Positions 1 to 14,539 of a DNA stretch of 47,482 bases are shown piece by piece. The translations under genes and the position numbers were made by a program. Origin of the DNA: Priapulus caudatus (Eukaryota); NCBI RefSeq assembly GCF_000485595.1, contig NW_014577070.1:916526-964007 (forward strand), in the 5' to 3' direction. The notes under the pieces were generated by a model. It was not told where the DNA came from. It saw only the letters and a list, made by a program, of their open reading frames with translations, and did not search any database. Each line of letters begins with the position of its first letter. Position 1 is the stretch's first letter.

Positions 1-263
1 TAGTCTTTATTAGATAAGTATTCAATAGTGTCAAACTACTATCATGCGTACTTTAAATGGCGCGCCAATACGATGATGTTAAGTCATTAGACATCACCCT
101 GTCCATTTTGAAACACCCGTACACAATTGTTCAGGATTAATCTCTTCCCGGTTTGGGAATTTACGTATCAGATATAATAGAAGATAATATAAAGTTTCAA
201 TAAAGTTTATTTAATACGTATATACAATACGTTGATTGGTATCTCTTGTTGTGTACATAATAG

Positions 264-3200
264 ATGTTGAGGAGGATGTGCTTCTGGAAGAATCAGAAGA
301 GGAGGAGGATGAAGAAGAAGTAGAACTCACACTCAAAGGTGACAATTGCTTGCAATTTTTATAACATATGCCTTGTCCTTTATCTGTGTAAGGTTTAATA
401 TTTGAAATCAGACCAAAGAAGTTTTATAAACATTATTATTATTATCCTTATTGTTATAATAATAATAATAATCATCATCATCATCATTATTATTATTATA
501 TTTAATATTATTGTTAATATTAATAATATATAGCATTCAGTGGAAATACCATGGGAGAATTCATGATAGTGCGTTAACTAGGTTAATTGGTTATCTTCAG
601 TGAAACCAGAGGTGGTGCGTCCACTTAACGACAGCCATGTTACAGAATTCGACACACTGACCTTACTCTGTGAGGTATCTCAGGAAGATGTTAAGGTGGG
701 TTATTTTCAAATTACGAATTCAATTCATTTTTAGCAGTATATTTTATTTTTGAAGCCTCGATTTTCCATCTTCAATAACGAATAATTAAATTGCAAATAT
801 CTACCTTCATCATGTAGGTGGCATATGCAAAGTTCACTGTAATGACTGTATGTTTATTCAAAACAGGTGAAGTGGCTGAAGAATGGCAAACGTATCAAAC
901 AGACGGACAGAATTCAGATGGTGTCTGAAGGAACTGTCCATAAATTTGTCCTGAAGGATGCTAGACCCTCTGATACAGCTGAATATACGTGTGTGGTAGG
1001 CAAGAAGACAACAACGTCGAATGTAGTTGTCGATGGTGAGTGGGGTATTATTCCATTTAGAAAGCAATTTTATCGTGACATTTAATAATGCTGATAAATA
1101 GAGTATTTTCGTCTGTGTATAGCTTACTAGTTTAGTCTCTAAGCATATTCTCATGATCTCTGTTAATTATTGCAGAGGCCGATGCTGAGTTTGTGGTCAA
1201 ACTAAAGCCAAAAACTACAACAGAGGATGAGGATGCTGCATTCACGTGCCAGGTATAAAAATAGGATTTTTTGCGTGACACTATATGCAACTTCGTATAT
1301 TAAAACGTGTGAATGGTATTTATTTGAATTTATTTTTTGTGATAGCCAATTACATGAATAAATTATTCCTCAATATTGTACATATTATATTGTACAGTAT
1401 TACACATTGGCATGTGACAAAACGGTTACTGTGTCATTAGACTAATCTATTTACGTCACTTTGCAGCTTACAAAACCAGTGAAACCTGAAGACATTGTCT
1501 GGATGAAAGACGGTAAGCCTCTGCCAGTGGACGAATCCCGCTATAGCATCACACAGGTGAAGAACACTTACATACTGAAAGTGAAAAAGACAACTCTAGA
1601 GGATGCTGGTACATATACAGTCATGATCAAGGGCAAGCCAAGCAGTGCTGACCTGACTGTCGATGGTAAGTTTGTAGAAACTTTTTGTAACCGTAAATAA
1701 TGCTATTGTCGACAAGAAAAATAGGGATCAAAATGTGGGCGTGATTACCACAGTGGAGTGATACCCCTTGGTTCTAGTGGTTTTCGTATGCAAACAAACT
1801 TTCACCATTCACCCCGTAGAAAAAGAAGCCGAGTTCACCGTACATCCAAAGGATCAGAAGGTCAAGGAAAAGCAGCCGGTCGTGTTTGAAGCGAGTGTAA
1901 CCAAGAACATCCCTGTCAAGTGGCTGAAGAACGGCCAACCGCTGCCAGAAGATGCCAGATACCAGGTAAGCAATTTTTAATATCTTTGCGACCTATGAAA
2001 TGCAGGCACATATGATATAGCGATGACGTTACTACTGAAAACTGCTCATATGTTAGCACTGGCACGTACGTAGTAAGACTGCATTGGCCATTAAATGTCG
2101 ATATTGCATCACGACTAATGTACGCATAGTGATAGGATGACGACAATAAGCAGTTTATATATCACAACACTCTAATGTCTTGCTGTCCTGCTTTAGATTG
2201 TTGACGACGGTGTGGTTCACAAGCTGATCATCAAGGACGCACAACCAGATGACAGTGCTGTTTATACTTGCATCTTGCCCAATAAGAAAACGAGTGCTGA
2301 ACTGACTGTAGAAGGTATGTAAAGCTGAGAGACTTCTGTACGTCCATCCTTTTATGAGTTGACCTCCGGCTGAGTGTAATAACCATGCCCCATTGGATGT
2401 TATTGCTAGGTTGGTCAAGCTCGAGCAAATTATACATGTTTTTCATGCATACACGCCAAATTGTCAAATTTGCTGCTCCTCGTTAATAAGTAGTGATTTA
2501 TGGTCCTATCACCTCCAACACTAATTGGCTAGAACTACGTGGCAATCTCTCTGGAATGATAGATCACATCAACATCATTGTTGAACAATAAATGCATTTC
2601 TTATATATGGTCGATTTTCGACCCATGGTCTTATAGGTGAGAAATACCTGCAGCGCATATCCACTAGGGAAAGTCGAGAAAAATTTTAATTGGCAGCTAA
2701 TAGTGAACCAAGGTTTTCCAGTATAGTCGCTAATTAATTGTGGCACGCAGCTCCTTGTGCCATATGTGCGACGAGAGCTGATGTCACTTGCACTTACGTC
2801 GCTCAGATTCATCTTCACAATTCCGCCGTGGGCAGGATCCCGCTTATTAAACTGACCTGAAAATGCGTGTTCGTCATTAGATGCTTATAATGACTGCCAT
2901 AACACAGAAAACTTTAGATTAGGTGATGACTATATATATATATATATATATATGATGGTTTGATATTTGGTTCTACAGAAGTGGAAGCTGAGTTCACAGT
3001 TCCACTAAAGGACAAGACAGTGAAGGAGCACAATGATGTCACGCTCGAAGCCAACGTCACCAAGACTTTACCTGTGACATGGCTGAAGAACGGTAACACT
3101 TATAATTATGGAAGATTTATTACTGCATGTTTGCTGCATAATTACCTTAAGAAATGACATTTTGTTGGATACATACATATACATACATACCTACATACAT

Positions 3201-5966
3201 AGGCCCCCCTACATACATACATAATATTAGGTTATTAGTGTCATCCAACCTCATTGCTGTGCTTTCGTTGTGACTATCTCAGAAGGTATATATATTACTA
3301 TTATTATTCTAGCTGTTACTAAAATGTTCTTGCAGGAAAACCCATTGAACCAGGTACTAAGTATATTATCCGGGAAGACAACAATAAATTGACGCTGATC
3401 ATTAAGGATGCTGGACCAGATGATGAGGCTGTTTACACGGTTACGGTCGGCACGGTCAAGTCTTCAGCCGAAGTGGTTGTAGAAGGTAAAACACGAGATA
3501 ACTGAAACTGTCTGCTAATATTTACTTCAAATAAATTTATTGTCGTCATGTTACTCATATAATTTAATGTAGGTATTATGTATACATTATTTGCACTATA
3601 ATTTCCACCACTGCTGTGTCTGCGTATTCTGTAGCACAGGCAGATATTTATCATAAGTAAAGCTGTTGATAAATAATAACATCACGAGTAAAATAATGGG
3701 AGCAAGTAATAACTTATTATTTACTCCTTGATAATTATATATTTCAGCTTGTTTGTTACCTTACAATACAGTCAGAACAATACATATTACACTTGATGTT
3801 TACACACAGAAATTGAGGCAGACTTCACGATCCAACTGAAGGACACCAACGTAGAAGAGGAAGAGCCTCTGACATTGATCATTAAGCTGACTAGGAAGGT
3901 TGTCGATGTAACGTGGCTCAAGGATGGAGTGGAGATCATACGCGATGAGCGTTATGAGGTCATCATCGAAGAAACGACCTTCAAGCTGGTGATTAAGGAA
4001 ACTACTATCAGGGATACGGGTGTTTACACTGTTGTTGTGGGCAACAAGAAGTCTACATGTCAAGTAAATGTGAAAGGTAATAAAAGTTTTCATTCCTTTT
4101 TTTTAAACGATAAACGTACAATAACTTTCACAGACTACAAAAACTGCTATACGTCTTGATGAAAATGATAAGCTGTGTAATGGTGTCTGTTCAGGGATTC
4201 CTTCAATCAAAAAGAGCTACATAACCAAAGACCAACTTGTAAGCAACTCTGTGGTTTATTAACCTAGCTTTATCATTTACAGAGTTTCCAGTCAAGTTCA
4301 TTAAGCCACTGGAAGATAAAGAGGTTCCTGAGAATGAGACTGTGACGTTTGAGACGGTACTCAACAAGGACAAGCCAGTTACGTGGTTTAAGAACACCAA
4401 AGAGATCCAGCCTGATCAGAACCATGAGCCTATCTCAGAAGGTCCAGTGAAGCGTCTCGTGCTGCATAATGTGAAACCAGAGGACACCTCGGATATCACT
4501 TGCAAGGTCACAGATGAGAAGACGACAGCTAAACTCATCGTCAAAGGTATACAGCTGAAAAAACCATTTATCATTGCTGAATTCGTTTATATGCACTAGA
4601 ATTTTTTGAAGCAATGTATGCATGTGTGTATATCCATTTGACGTAACGTGAGTGACATGTCGAGTAATGAAAGCACAATAACAAAAACAGTATTGAGAAT
4701 AGATATTGCATTAGTATCTGAGATATTTGAGATCTGAGAGTATTTTAGATATAGATATTTTCCACAGCAGTTAATTTATTTTTGTTCGTAAATTAAACTC
4801 CCCGTACAGAAACTGCATTAGTTTGTTGCACTCTTTGTAGAACTTCCAGAGAAGTTTGTCAAGCCACTGACCGATGTTGAGGTCACTGAAAAACAGACCG
4901 CCACGTTCAAGTGTACCGTATCCAAGACGACCATAAAGGTAACATGGCTTAGAAAGAAGAAGCCCATCAAGCCTGACGACCGGCACGAGATTACTGAGAA
5001 GGGTCCGGAGCGTGTTTTGACAATTAAAAATGTCAAACTAGATGATCAGGGCACCTACACTTGCACTACCAAGCACGATGAGACGACATCTAAGCTGACT
5101 GTCATCGGTAAGTAATTACTGTTTCTGCACTTAATGGCAAGGTACATGTTAGTTAACACATTTTTCAGCCCCATTGATTAGTAATCGAGTACAAACCCTG
5201 GACTTGAGTGTGGAACGTTATTCAGAAAATTCAATGTAGATTTTTATTAATGCCAGTTAAAAAGGCAATAAGCCTTATAATGTTAAATGTGATACAGCTT
5301 ATTAATGATGTTGCTATCACCTTTGTTAACTTGCCAAAATGTCGTGGAAAGAATTGTCAGAGCATTCACAGATATAGGCAAGGAGTTTTTATACATTGAA
5401 TATCATAGATATTCAGGCGTTTACATCACATTTTTGCTAATTACCATCTGACTTATGAAATTCGTTGAAACTTTAACATCCGTTATGCCTTGTACATTCT
5501 AATTGCGAAACGAATGAACCAAAATAGCATCAATTTAAAAGCAAGTTAAATGTTAAATCGTATACGACAAAGTTCATCATATTTGTTTGTTATCTTTGTA
5601 GAATCTGCTCCTGAGTTCCTGAAACCTCTGAGTGACAAGACGGTGCAGGAGAACAAGACCGTCACCTTTGAGTGTACACTGTCCTCGCCAAAGAAACCGG
5701 TCAAGTGGTTCCGCTCCGACAAGGAGATCACGCCGACAGAGCGAATCAAGTTCGTCAGTGACGGTCCAGTCAGGAAGCTGGTCATTAGCAGTGTGGAGAT
5801 GGATGATGAGAAGCCGTACACCTGCGTCTGTGAGCCAGCACGCACAACGGCTAACCTGTTTGTTGAAGGTGAGTGAGAGAGACGGAGAGAGAGAGGGGGA
5901 GAGAGAGAGACGGAGAGAGAGACGGCGAGAGGGAGAGAGGGAGAGAGACGGAGAGAGAGACGGAGA

Positions 5967-6017
<51 letters not shown>

Positions 6018-7334
6018 GAGCAGTGGGGCCAGAGAGAGCAGAGACGGAGATGAGAGCAGAGAGAGAGTAGAGAGCAGAGAGAGAGACAGAGGAGTAGAGA
6101 GAGAGAGGAGAGAGAGACGGAGAGAGAGAGACGGAGAGAGAGAGAGCGCGTGAGAGCGAGTGAGAGTGATGGAGAGAGAGAGAGAGAGCGGGAGAGACGG
6201 AGAGAGAGGGACGGAGAGAGAGTGAGAGGGACGGAGAGAGAGAGAGAGAGAGACGGAGAGAGAGTGAGAGGGACGGAGAGAGAGAGGAGGAGAGAGAGAC
6301 GGAGAGAGAGGGACAGAGAGAGAGAGAGAGAGAGAGACGGAGAGGGACGGGGGAAAGAGAGCGTGTGAGAGTGGCAGAGAGAAATTCACAGAGAAAGAGA
6401 GAGGGAGAGTGTGTGTGAGTGTTAGAGAGAACTAGACGGAGAACGAGAGGCGGGGACGAGCGGGTGGGTGGGGGAGAGCAAGAAAGAAATAAAGCTGAGT
6501 TTAGTGGTCTTCATTTCTTACTTTATTATCTCACCAATGATTGATGTATATCACATATATATAAGAGCGTCACTAAACATAATCATCTCCCAGAATACAG
6601 ATTGTTTGCACATCATAGAGAGCCATGTTGTTCCAAATCTGCTTGTAATTTATCAATTAACATTAGCTCGTTATGTTTACATTACGTGTAATACCATTTT
6701 ACAGAGGAGCCACTGACATTCCTTAATACACCCGAGGATATCACAGTGACAGACCTCCCTGAAACTACCACCTTTGAGTGTGAGTTGTCGAAAGATGTTC
6801 CCATTACATGGGAGAAAGATGGAAAACCCATACACCCTGGTAAGACAATATAAGATTAAATAAGAAATCGAATAAGAATCGAACTTGAAAAAATCATTAT
6901 TAAGTATGCTTCGTCAGCCAGAACTACGGCCACCGTACTACGTTGACTACGTCACACTGTTGTAGTGGCTGCAATTACAGGCTATTATACTATTATTAGT
7001 TATTCTGCCATAATGAAACGCTTTCTATAGAAGTATAACAGAAAGAAGAAACAATTTAGAATCTCAACAAACATTCACCTATGTGCTGTTTATTTCAGGT
7101 GACAAGTTCCAGTTCATTGATGATGGTCCAATTCATCTACTGGACATCATGGATATTACAGGACCAGATGAGGGCGATTACACTGTCATTGCCAAGGATA
7201 AGAAGGCAACAGCTACCTTATTTGTCAAAGGTAAATACTTCCCAATTTTGTCACAAACACCCCAGATTCATTAAGCATCCGTAAGCTATAGATGAATGAA
7301 ATTGAAAAGTTATTTCATTGGCTACAGATCGTGC

Positions 7335-7377
<43 letters not shown>

Positions 7378-10300
7378 TAGCAGAACGAATGATATTTTTA
7401 AGTGGTAATACATACTCAGTTTTATTTTACTATTTACAGTGCCACCAAAGTACACCATTGATGATAGGTATAAAACTACATTAATCATCAACAAGAGCAC
7501 AACGATGACGTTGGTAGTGAGATTCGTGGGCTGGCCACATCCGAAACCCACCTGGACCTTCAAGAAGAAGCCCATACCAGAGTCACGTAACCCGAAGGAG
7601 GATAACACTGATTCCACGACCACTCTTAGCATTCCAAATGTAGACAAGCCCGACTCTGGCCCGTACACACTGAAACTGGAGAATCCACATGGAAAAACGA
7701 CCGTTACAATCAATGTGACGGTTGCTGGTGAGTGAAAGTCCTGGTTTTGCGTTTCGGTTTAACGTTAGATTAGGCATAGTTCTCCTTCTACGCTAAACCT
7801 GAGTTTCCTGTTAGCAATTGTGAAAGGCATTGTTAGTTTTCCGCACGCTCATTCTCGTCATGCTCTCTTTTTTTCTTAGATGTTCCTGGACCTCCAACGA
7901 AGCCAGACGTGAGTGATATCACCAGGGCAACGGTTGTGTTATCATGGAAACCACCGAAGGACGATGGTGGTAGCCCAGTCACTGGCTACACCGTTGAAAA
8001 GAAGCAACCAGACAAGCCTAAATGGACAAAGGCAAGATCGCCTTCACATCTGTTAAGAATGAGATTGCGCATTTGTTCCGACATTACAGTGATGATCACG
8101 TTTCTATAATGCTCATTATTAACACAGGATACCCACTTGCTTTACAGGTAAACAAGGAGCCTGTAAAAGAGCCGACATTGAAGGTGACAGACCTCATACA
8201 AGATCACGAATATGAGTTCCGTGTGATAGCAGAAAACAAGGTTGGCCCAGGCAAGCCCAGTGAGCCCACAAAACCGGTTAAGGCAACAGATCCTTACAGT
8301 AAGTTAAACATGTTATTTAAACATTATATTATGTTCATAATTATATTATGTTAAACATGTTTTTAAACATTATGTTATGTTAAAAATCATTCATTCATGT
8401 TTTAACGTTGATGCATTCTAAATTCGTATGCGCTGCTGCAGAAGCAAAACACAACAACATTTTATTACAATTTCTCATCACAAAATTCATGTCTGACTTT
8501 GAAACCTTTGCGTAGAACCACCAGGGCCACCCGGCAAGCCTGATTGTTTGGACATCACCGACACCAGTGTCACGTTGACGTGGAAGCCACCGACTAAGGA
8601 CGGAGGTGCTCCCATCTCAAACTACATCGTCGAGTATCGCCTGGCTGACGTGTTCGGCTGGACGAGAGCCAACCCCGACGAACCTGTGGCGGAACTGACA
8701 TTCCCAGTGACAAACCTGACCGAGGGTCAGGAGTATGTATTCAGGGTCACAGCCGAGAATGTCGCAGGGCCTGGTGAACCCTCACCTCCGAGTGAGCCCG
8801 TCAAACCGAAGAAACCAATCGGTAAGATATTGTAGTCGGTTTATCACATTATCATCGTTCGTGCATTAGATGCATTAGATTACCAAGGAGCGTGCAAAAA
8901 GGCAACTGTACTTATACACGTACATGTTCAAATACTGACAGCCTTTGTAACTTTACATGTCATTGTCGATAATGTGTGCTTGTCTGTTTCTAGTTAAGGA
9001 AGCTCCCACCGTGGAAGACATACCTGACATTACAGTATTATCCGGCTCACCTGTGAAATACACGTGTAGAGTCACAGGTGTACCAGAGCCGACAATCAAG
9101 TGGTACGTACACCTGTTAACTGTTATCACATTGTGATTGTTGTATTTTTCGTTTGCTATACTTTAATCACTCACTGAAATCACACTTACTATTGAAATTG
9201 CTGACACTTACCGTGTGCCCTTTACCGTGTGCAAGGTTTCGCTAAAACTACTTGGCAACACCATGCGATTGTTGTGGTTTTTTGCTATACTGTCGTAATT
9301 ATTTGAAATTGCTGACTCTTACTGTGTGCTCTTTACCATGTGCAAGGTTCCGCTATGATGAGGAGGTGCTCGAAAGCAAGAAGTACACGACCACGTACGA
9401 GAACCAGACTTCCACTCTGACGATTCTAGTCGCTTACCTGGATGACACGGCCGAATACACTTGCATCGTCAGTAACGATGAGGGTACAGTAAAGACAACG
9501 TCCAAGCTAACCGTCGAAGGTAGGCAGCAAATCTCCTCTGGGTGCAGCATCCCTGTCTGTTACCCTCATCTTCATCGACTTCTCTCTGCAGCAGCGACGT
9601 CTGCACAGCTTTAACCAGACAACAATTACTACATGATTGCGATTTGCTGACTAATTAGTTAATATATACATGCTAGAAACATTTTATGTCCCACATTTAG
9701 TGTAAAATGTATAGTAGTGTGTATTCTATATGAAGAGAGGTTTAGATAGATATATGAATATATGTAACAATATATAGTAATAATATAGTTATGTATCGAT
9801 GAATGTCGCCTTGAAATATCACTGTTGTTATTGCTCACAGCTCCTCCAACGCTGGAGTATGATGACAAGCTTAGCAATGCAAAGGTGAAGACTGGTTCAA
9901 CGCTCAAGATTCCTATTAAGTATAAGGGATTGCCACGACCCGTGCTCAAGTGGACCAAGGATGATAAACCTTTGGAGCCAACTGATAGGACTGACGTGGA
10001 AGTACAGGTAATGGTTGAGATGGCAATGTTCATATATATTATAGAAACAGGCCGAGGGTAGAAAGGGAGAAAGAGGGCATTTATACCTGTTTGCAATTAT
10101 TTAGCCGTATATTCTTGCATGCAATAAATGCTAATTATATTGAATTGCATAAATTATACAGGTATATAAAAGGATATTCTATATGGGACGTTTTTATCAT
10201 TGATCTAAATGCAATCCTCTCGACTTGTAAGCAAGTATATATTTGGAGTGAGAGGCTGGTTACAGAAACGAAATCTACGCAACTGCCGAGGCATTATGCT

Positions 10301-13165
10301 CTATTAGTAGCAGAAGGATGAAAACAAATTATTATAATAATTCTACTATGCTTGTTCTGTAGGAATACTTCACTATCGTGACCCTCAAACAGACAATACA
10401 GGATGACTCGGCCACTTACAAGCTTGTGGCCACAAACAAACATGGCAGTGAGACTGCCACGTTTAACATCAAGATCATGGGTAAGCCAAGTTTAGCTACC
10501 ACCTATTTCAGAACCTATATATAATTGTCATGCTTAGTTTACGAAATGCATGAATATATATATAATTTTGACTATGAATTTATGAATGTTTTATGACTCA
10601 ATGATGGGGTGGCTGACTGCATTATTTTCTTCTCATAGGGCCACCAGACAGACCGACAGGTCCAATCAGGGTCACAGATATTCAGAGAACAACAATCACC
10701 ATCGAATGGAAGCCTCCAGTTCACAATGGTGGATCAAAGCTCACCTCCTACTACATTGAGATGCGTGAAGTCACTACCAAGACATGGCGTGAGGTGAGAA
10801 CAGATTTTACACCTACTCATTTCACACAAAAAACCTCGTGGTTAATGGGAAATAATTTAGCAAAATCCCGAGGAAATATGAGATAATGGGAAGATGATGA
10901 GGGGACAGGAAAAGGGGGAACATGGAGGCGAATGAGACGAACCTGCCAAGAAGAGCGAGAGGCGAAAGAGAAAGAGCTTGAGCAAGAGCAAAAGTGTGTG
11001 AGAGAGAGAGAAAGGGAGAGAAATAAAAGAGAAGAGTGAGGGGGGAGAGTAAAGAGGAACCCCATACTGTAGTATCATCTAAATCGTGAATGCTCTCTGT
11101 TGTGAAACTAGGTTGAGAGGATAGCACATACGATCACCACTTACACGGTGCAGACCTTGACGGAGGATACCGAGTACTTCTTCCGCGTGTTTGCTGAGAA
11201 CAAGTATGGACCGAGCGAACCGCTAGAAATGGATGAGCCAGCAAGGACACTGAAGAAACCGGAAGGTTGGTCTCGACTTGTTGCCGGCAATCTATATACC
11301 TATAGTGACATGGATTGTGAAACACATTGAGTATAATTATTTTCTAATACATACATGTTTTAATTACATTGAGTGTATTAGTGCCCGTGAAACTTTTGGC
11401 ATGCATTCCTTCACCGGCTAGAATACCTCAATTACTAAACTGGGGAACTACTCTGAAAAACTCACTACTGACGTTGCTTTCATATCTAAGCTGTATAGTA
11501 CAGGCTAGCGAAATTGTTTTTCTTCCTGAGATCGAGTTATTTCACGTACATAGTGCACTTGTTGGCTGCAGGAGAGATCGCGTACAAGCGTGTTGACTCG
11601 AACGCTAGCAGAAGAATCAGTAGTAGTTCGCATTTACCATTCGCAATTCATAGTTTATAGTTTTCAGACGTATTCGTGATAATTTAGAAGCATTAGTAGT
11701 AAGTCTTGGTTTGCTGCATCGTACAGAGAAGCCAACGGCAACTAAGCCGATGCCTCCACGGGACTTGCACGTGTCTGAGGTGTTCGAAACATCAGCCACC
11801 ATCACCTGGCGGGAGCCTGAATCAGACGGCGGTGCGCCAGTCACCACCTACATCGTTGAGAAGCGTGTGTCAACTAAGAAGAAGTGGACGAAGGTAGACC
11901 GCACTGCGTGTAATCGGTTTAGTGAGCGTAAAAGCTGTTACGTTGATGCCCTTGTTCTGATTACAAATGAAGAGATTCAAGCTCTGTAGTCAAAACTTAA
12001 TTGGGTTCAGTTTGGTTGAAGGCATTTTGTATGGAATAGCCATTTATTTGGATTTAGCAGTGATTTTTATATTGTGTACTTATACCATGCTTTTACTAAT
12101 ATGAATAAAAGCATTGTGCCTTTTGTTCATATACGCATAGATAGTAAATGTTCTTTTCCTTCTAATTGTTTCTCAATGAAGGTATTAATGACCGCTTTGT
12201 TGTCTGCTTGCTTCTTAGGTCACAACTGTGGAACATCTCACGATGACCCACACTGTTACTAAGTTGATAGAAAATGAGGAATACTACTTCCGTGTGTTCG
12301 CGCAGAATGAAGTGGGTAAGAGTGAACCTGCTGAAACAGAGAGCCCGATTACACCCAAGCGGAAGTATGGTGAGTTGTTTTTACGTTGTCTTCTCTGCAT
12401 TTACGAATAGCTTTTCGTGTTTCCAACTGCAATATCAATATAAACGTGATACATATATACATAAAATTAATATACAATATAAATATGGGTCAAACTGTTA
12501 ATTCCTAAAGCTTAGATTGTTGGCAAAAAAATTAGCTTGAAGCAAATGTGGGTATGTAAATATGTCACGTCTTTGTCTCGAGTTTAAAAAAATCAGTCTA
12601 CACTGAGCAGAAATATTGAATATTTGTAAAGTTTGCGCATCCTACGAAATCGTTCGTCGCTTTTAATGCATCACTTTTATATAAATCGATACTAAACGGT
12701 AGCAATCATGTACTATTTCTGCGAATACGCTTTTATCATATTCCGATTTCTCTCGCTGCAGAAAAACCAGGTCCACCTGAGAATCTACGGGTCGGTGACG
12801 TGACGCCGGAGAGCGCGAGACTGGATTGGGATCCGCCGCAGCACGACGGCGGCCTGCCGCTGACTTCGTACGTCATCGAGTACAGGGACATCTCAGAGGA
12901 AACGTGGACCAAGGTTGACCAGGTGCAGCCGACCGTGAGGACGTACACCGTCGAGAGGATGCGAGCGCGGCGCGAGTACGCGTTCCGCGTGTTCGCAGAG
13001 AACCCAGAGGGTCTGAGCGGTCCGGCGATGTCAGACAATGTACAGACTCCGAAGGAGAAAGAGGCTGAGCCTTTCATCTCCAGCTATACGGTGCACACAC
13101 TTCAGCACCGTGACGAGTACTTCTTTACCCTAACTTATGCTGACGATGACCTGCAGGAGGACTGA
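264..13165 (+). CDS. Titin/twitchin-family intracellular Ig/FN3 protein, 3' portion (28 exons, ~1650 codons in the window, 5' end outside): acidic linker - Ig x10 - FN3 x2 - Ig x2 - FN3 x3 - short acidic tail; no kinase domain
   Basis: Phase-consistent exon chain read from the sequence: 264-338, 601-695, 867-1035, 1176-1252, 1467-1665, 1820-1965, 2197-2314, 2979-3092, 3336-3485, 3810-4076, 4283-4546, 4841-5107, 5602-5868, 6705-6839, 7099-7230, 7440-7727, 7880-8031 (GC donor), 8148-8298, 8516-8821, 8994-9102, 9347-9519, 9841-10007, 10363-10480, 10639-10793, 11112-11265, 11727-11893, 12219-12369, 12762-13165 (TGA). I-set Ig motifs are present (F..PL.D..V.E...F.C, W.K.G, D.G/A.YTC), as are titin-type FN3 motifs (W.PP..DGG.P.T.Y.VE, Y.FRV.AEN..G). 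Confidence 0.93.
2648..2926 (-). repeat. Inverted, near-identical copy of the calpain gene 3' region (32175-32451) inside a titin-like intron
   Basis: The reverse complement of 2648-2926 matches 32175-32451: intron end, exon GQFNKRDPAHGGIVKMNLSD, the last intron and the start of the last exon. The core differs by a synonymous AGT/AGC change; the ~40 bp nearest 2648 are more diverged. Confidence 0.92.
5872..6445. repeat. (GA)n-rich compound microsatellite, intronic
   Basis: GAGA/GACGGAGA runs directly after the donor of exon 5602-5868. Confidence 0.95.
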
Positions 13166-14539
13166 GGAACATGTTGCGCGTCCCCGTTTGTAATGTGACC
13201 CGAAATTCTCATTGTTCTTGCGAGAGAGAAAAAATCGACTTGTCACCTTACTAAGTGTAAATGTGTATACCTGTGCCGTGTAAAGTATTATGTAACGTTG
13301 AGAAGGCACTCATAATTAGACTGAAACTTTGGCGTTCATGAAACTGCATCGAGACATTGTTTAATATGGAACTCCCGACACTGTTTTGTAGATTGTTAGT
13401 AGTTTTTTCTGTGGAATACTTGTTAGTTTTCAGCTAATGAAGTGTGCTGTATTTTCAAAAACCACTTTGGGGTAACTCTACTCTATGGAATGTAATAACT
13501 GCTGTCAAAATTTTTGTAGAGAGCATGAAAGTATGTACTGATATTGCAGACCCTCCCTGACACAATTAAATCTTTTGCACTGTTGGGTATGAATTGGTTT
13601 ATAGGCGATAATCCGCTATTTTTATATAGAGGCTGTAGACTGTACAGTAGAACAGTGCCGGAGATTTAGCAGTACATATTCTTCACACTTACTTCGTTGT
13701 ATGTCTGGACAGCCAAGAAAGTGTGGAAATCTTTCATGCTCTATTTATGTGTTAATTAATTTATTGTTATTTATTTAATTTAATCTTTGCCCGAGTTTTG
13801 ACAACGCAGTTTACTGACCCTCATGAAATTCCATTGGGTAGACTTATTTAAAGTTTGTAACAACCGTCTATTAAAATTTTATTATAAAACGTTAATCTTT
13901 GTGTTTAACTTGATTACCACCGCTGCTAAGCTATTCGTGGCACACCACGTCGACACTAATTGAGGGGGATTTACATAGGTGCTAAAACAGTAGCTCGTTA
14001 ACAGTTTGACGTCCCCTAAAATAGAGGATAGTTAGTACACGCATACTCACGATTCTCTACTTCACAAAATTAATAGGCGGTTTTTTCAACTCTGACAGAT
14101 ACTATTCATATTATTCAGTCATTACATAAAGTAATACATATTGTGACCAACTGGGTTTTGTTAGCTTCAAAGAAATTTTTGTTATGGTTAGAGAAAAACG
14201 GGTTAACAGATAATATAGAAAAAAAACGGCAGAAGAGAAACGAACAAATCTAACAAAACGTTATTTCCTTTCCACATATATATCTCATATATATGCAAAC
14301 AATGTTCGGAAAGCTTATAGTGTGTAAATAACAGAATACCTACTCTCGGGAATTGGATTTTTAGATAAGTGTGTCAGTCTAAACACGTACACGCGCGTAG
14401 ATATAGGGTTATATATATAACACACAATGCGAAAAAACGACATGAGAGAAACGGGAAAAACAACCAAAATTTTCCTCTTACATATATATCGCGCATTGGA
14501 CATATTAAGCGTATATAGTCTATAGTGTGTAAATAATAG

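Noticed and set aside
2564..2818. Minus-strand ORF beginning MKMNLSD as a separate nested gene
   Set aside because: It is read-through of the duplicated calpain exon fragment into copied intron sequence, with no independent gene structure.
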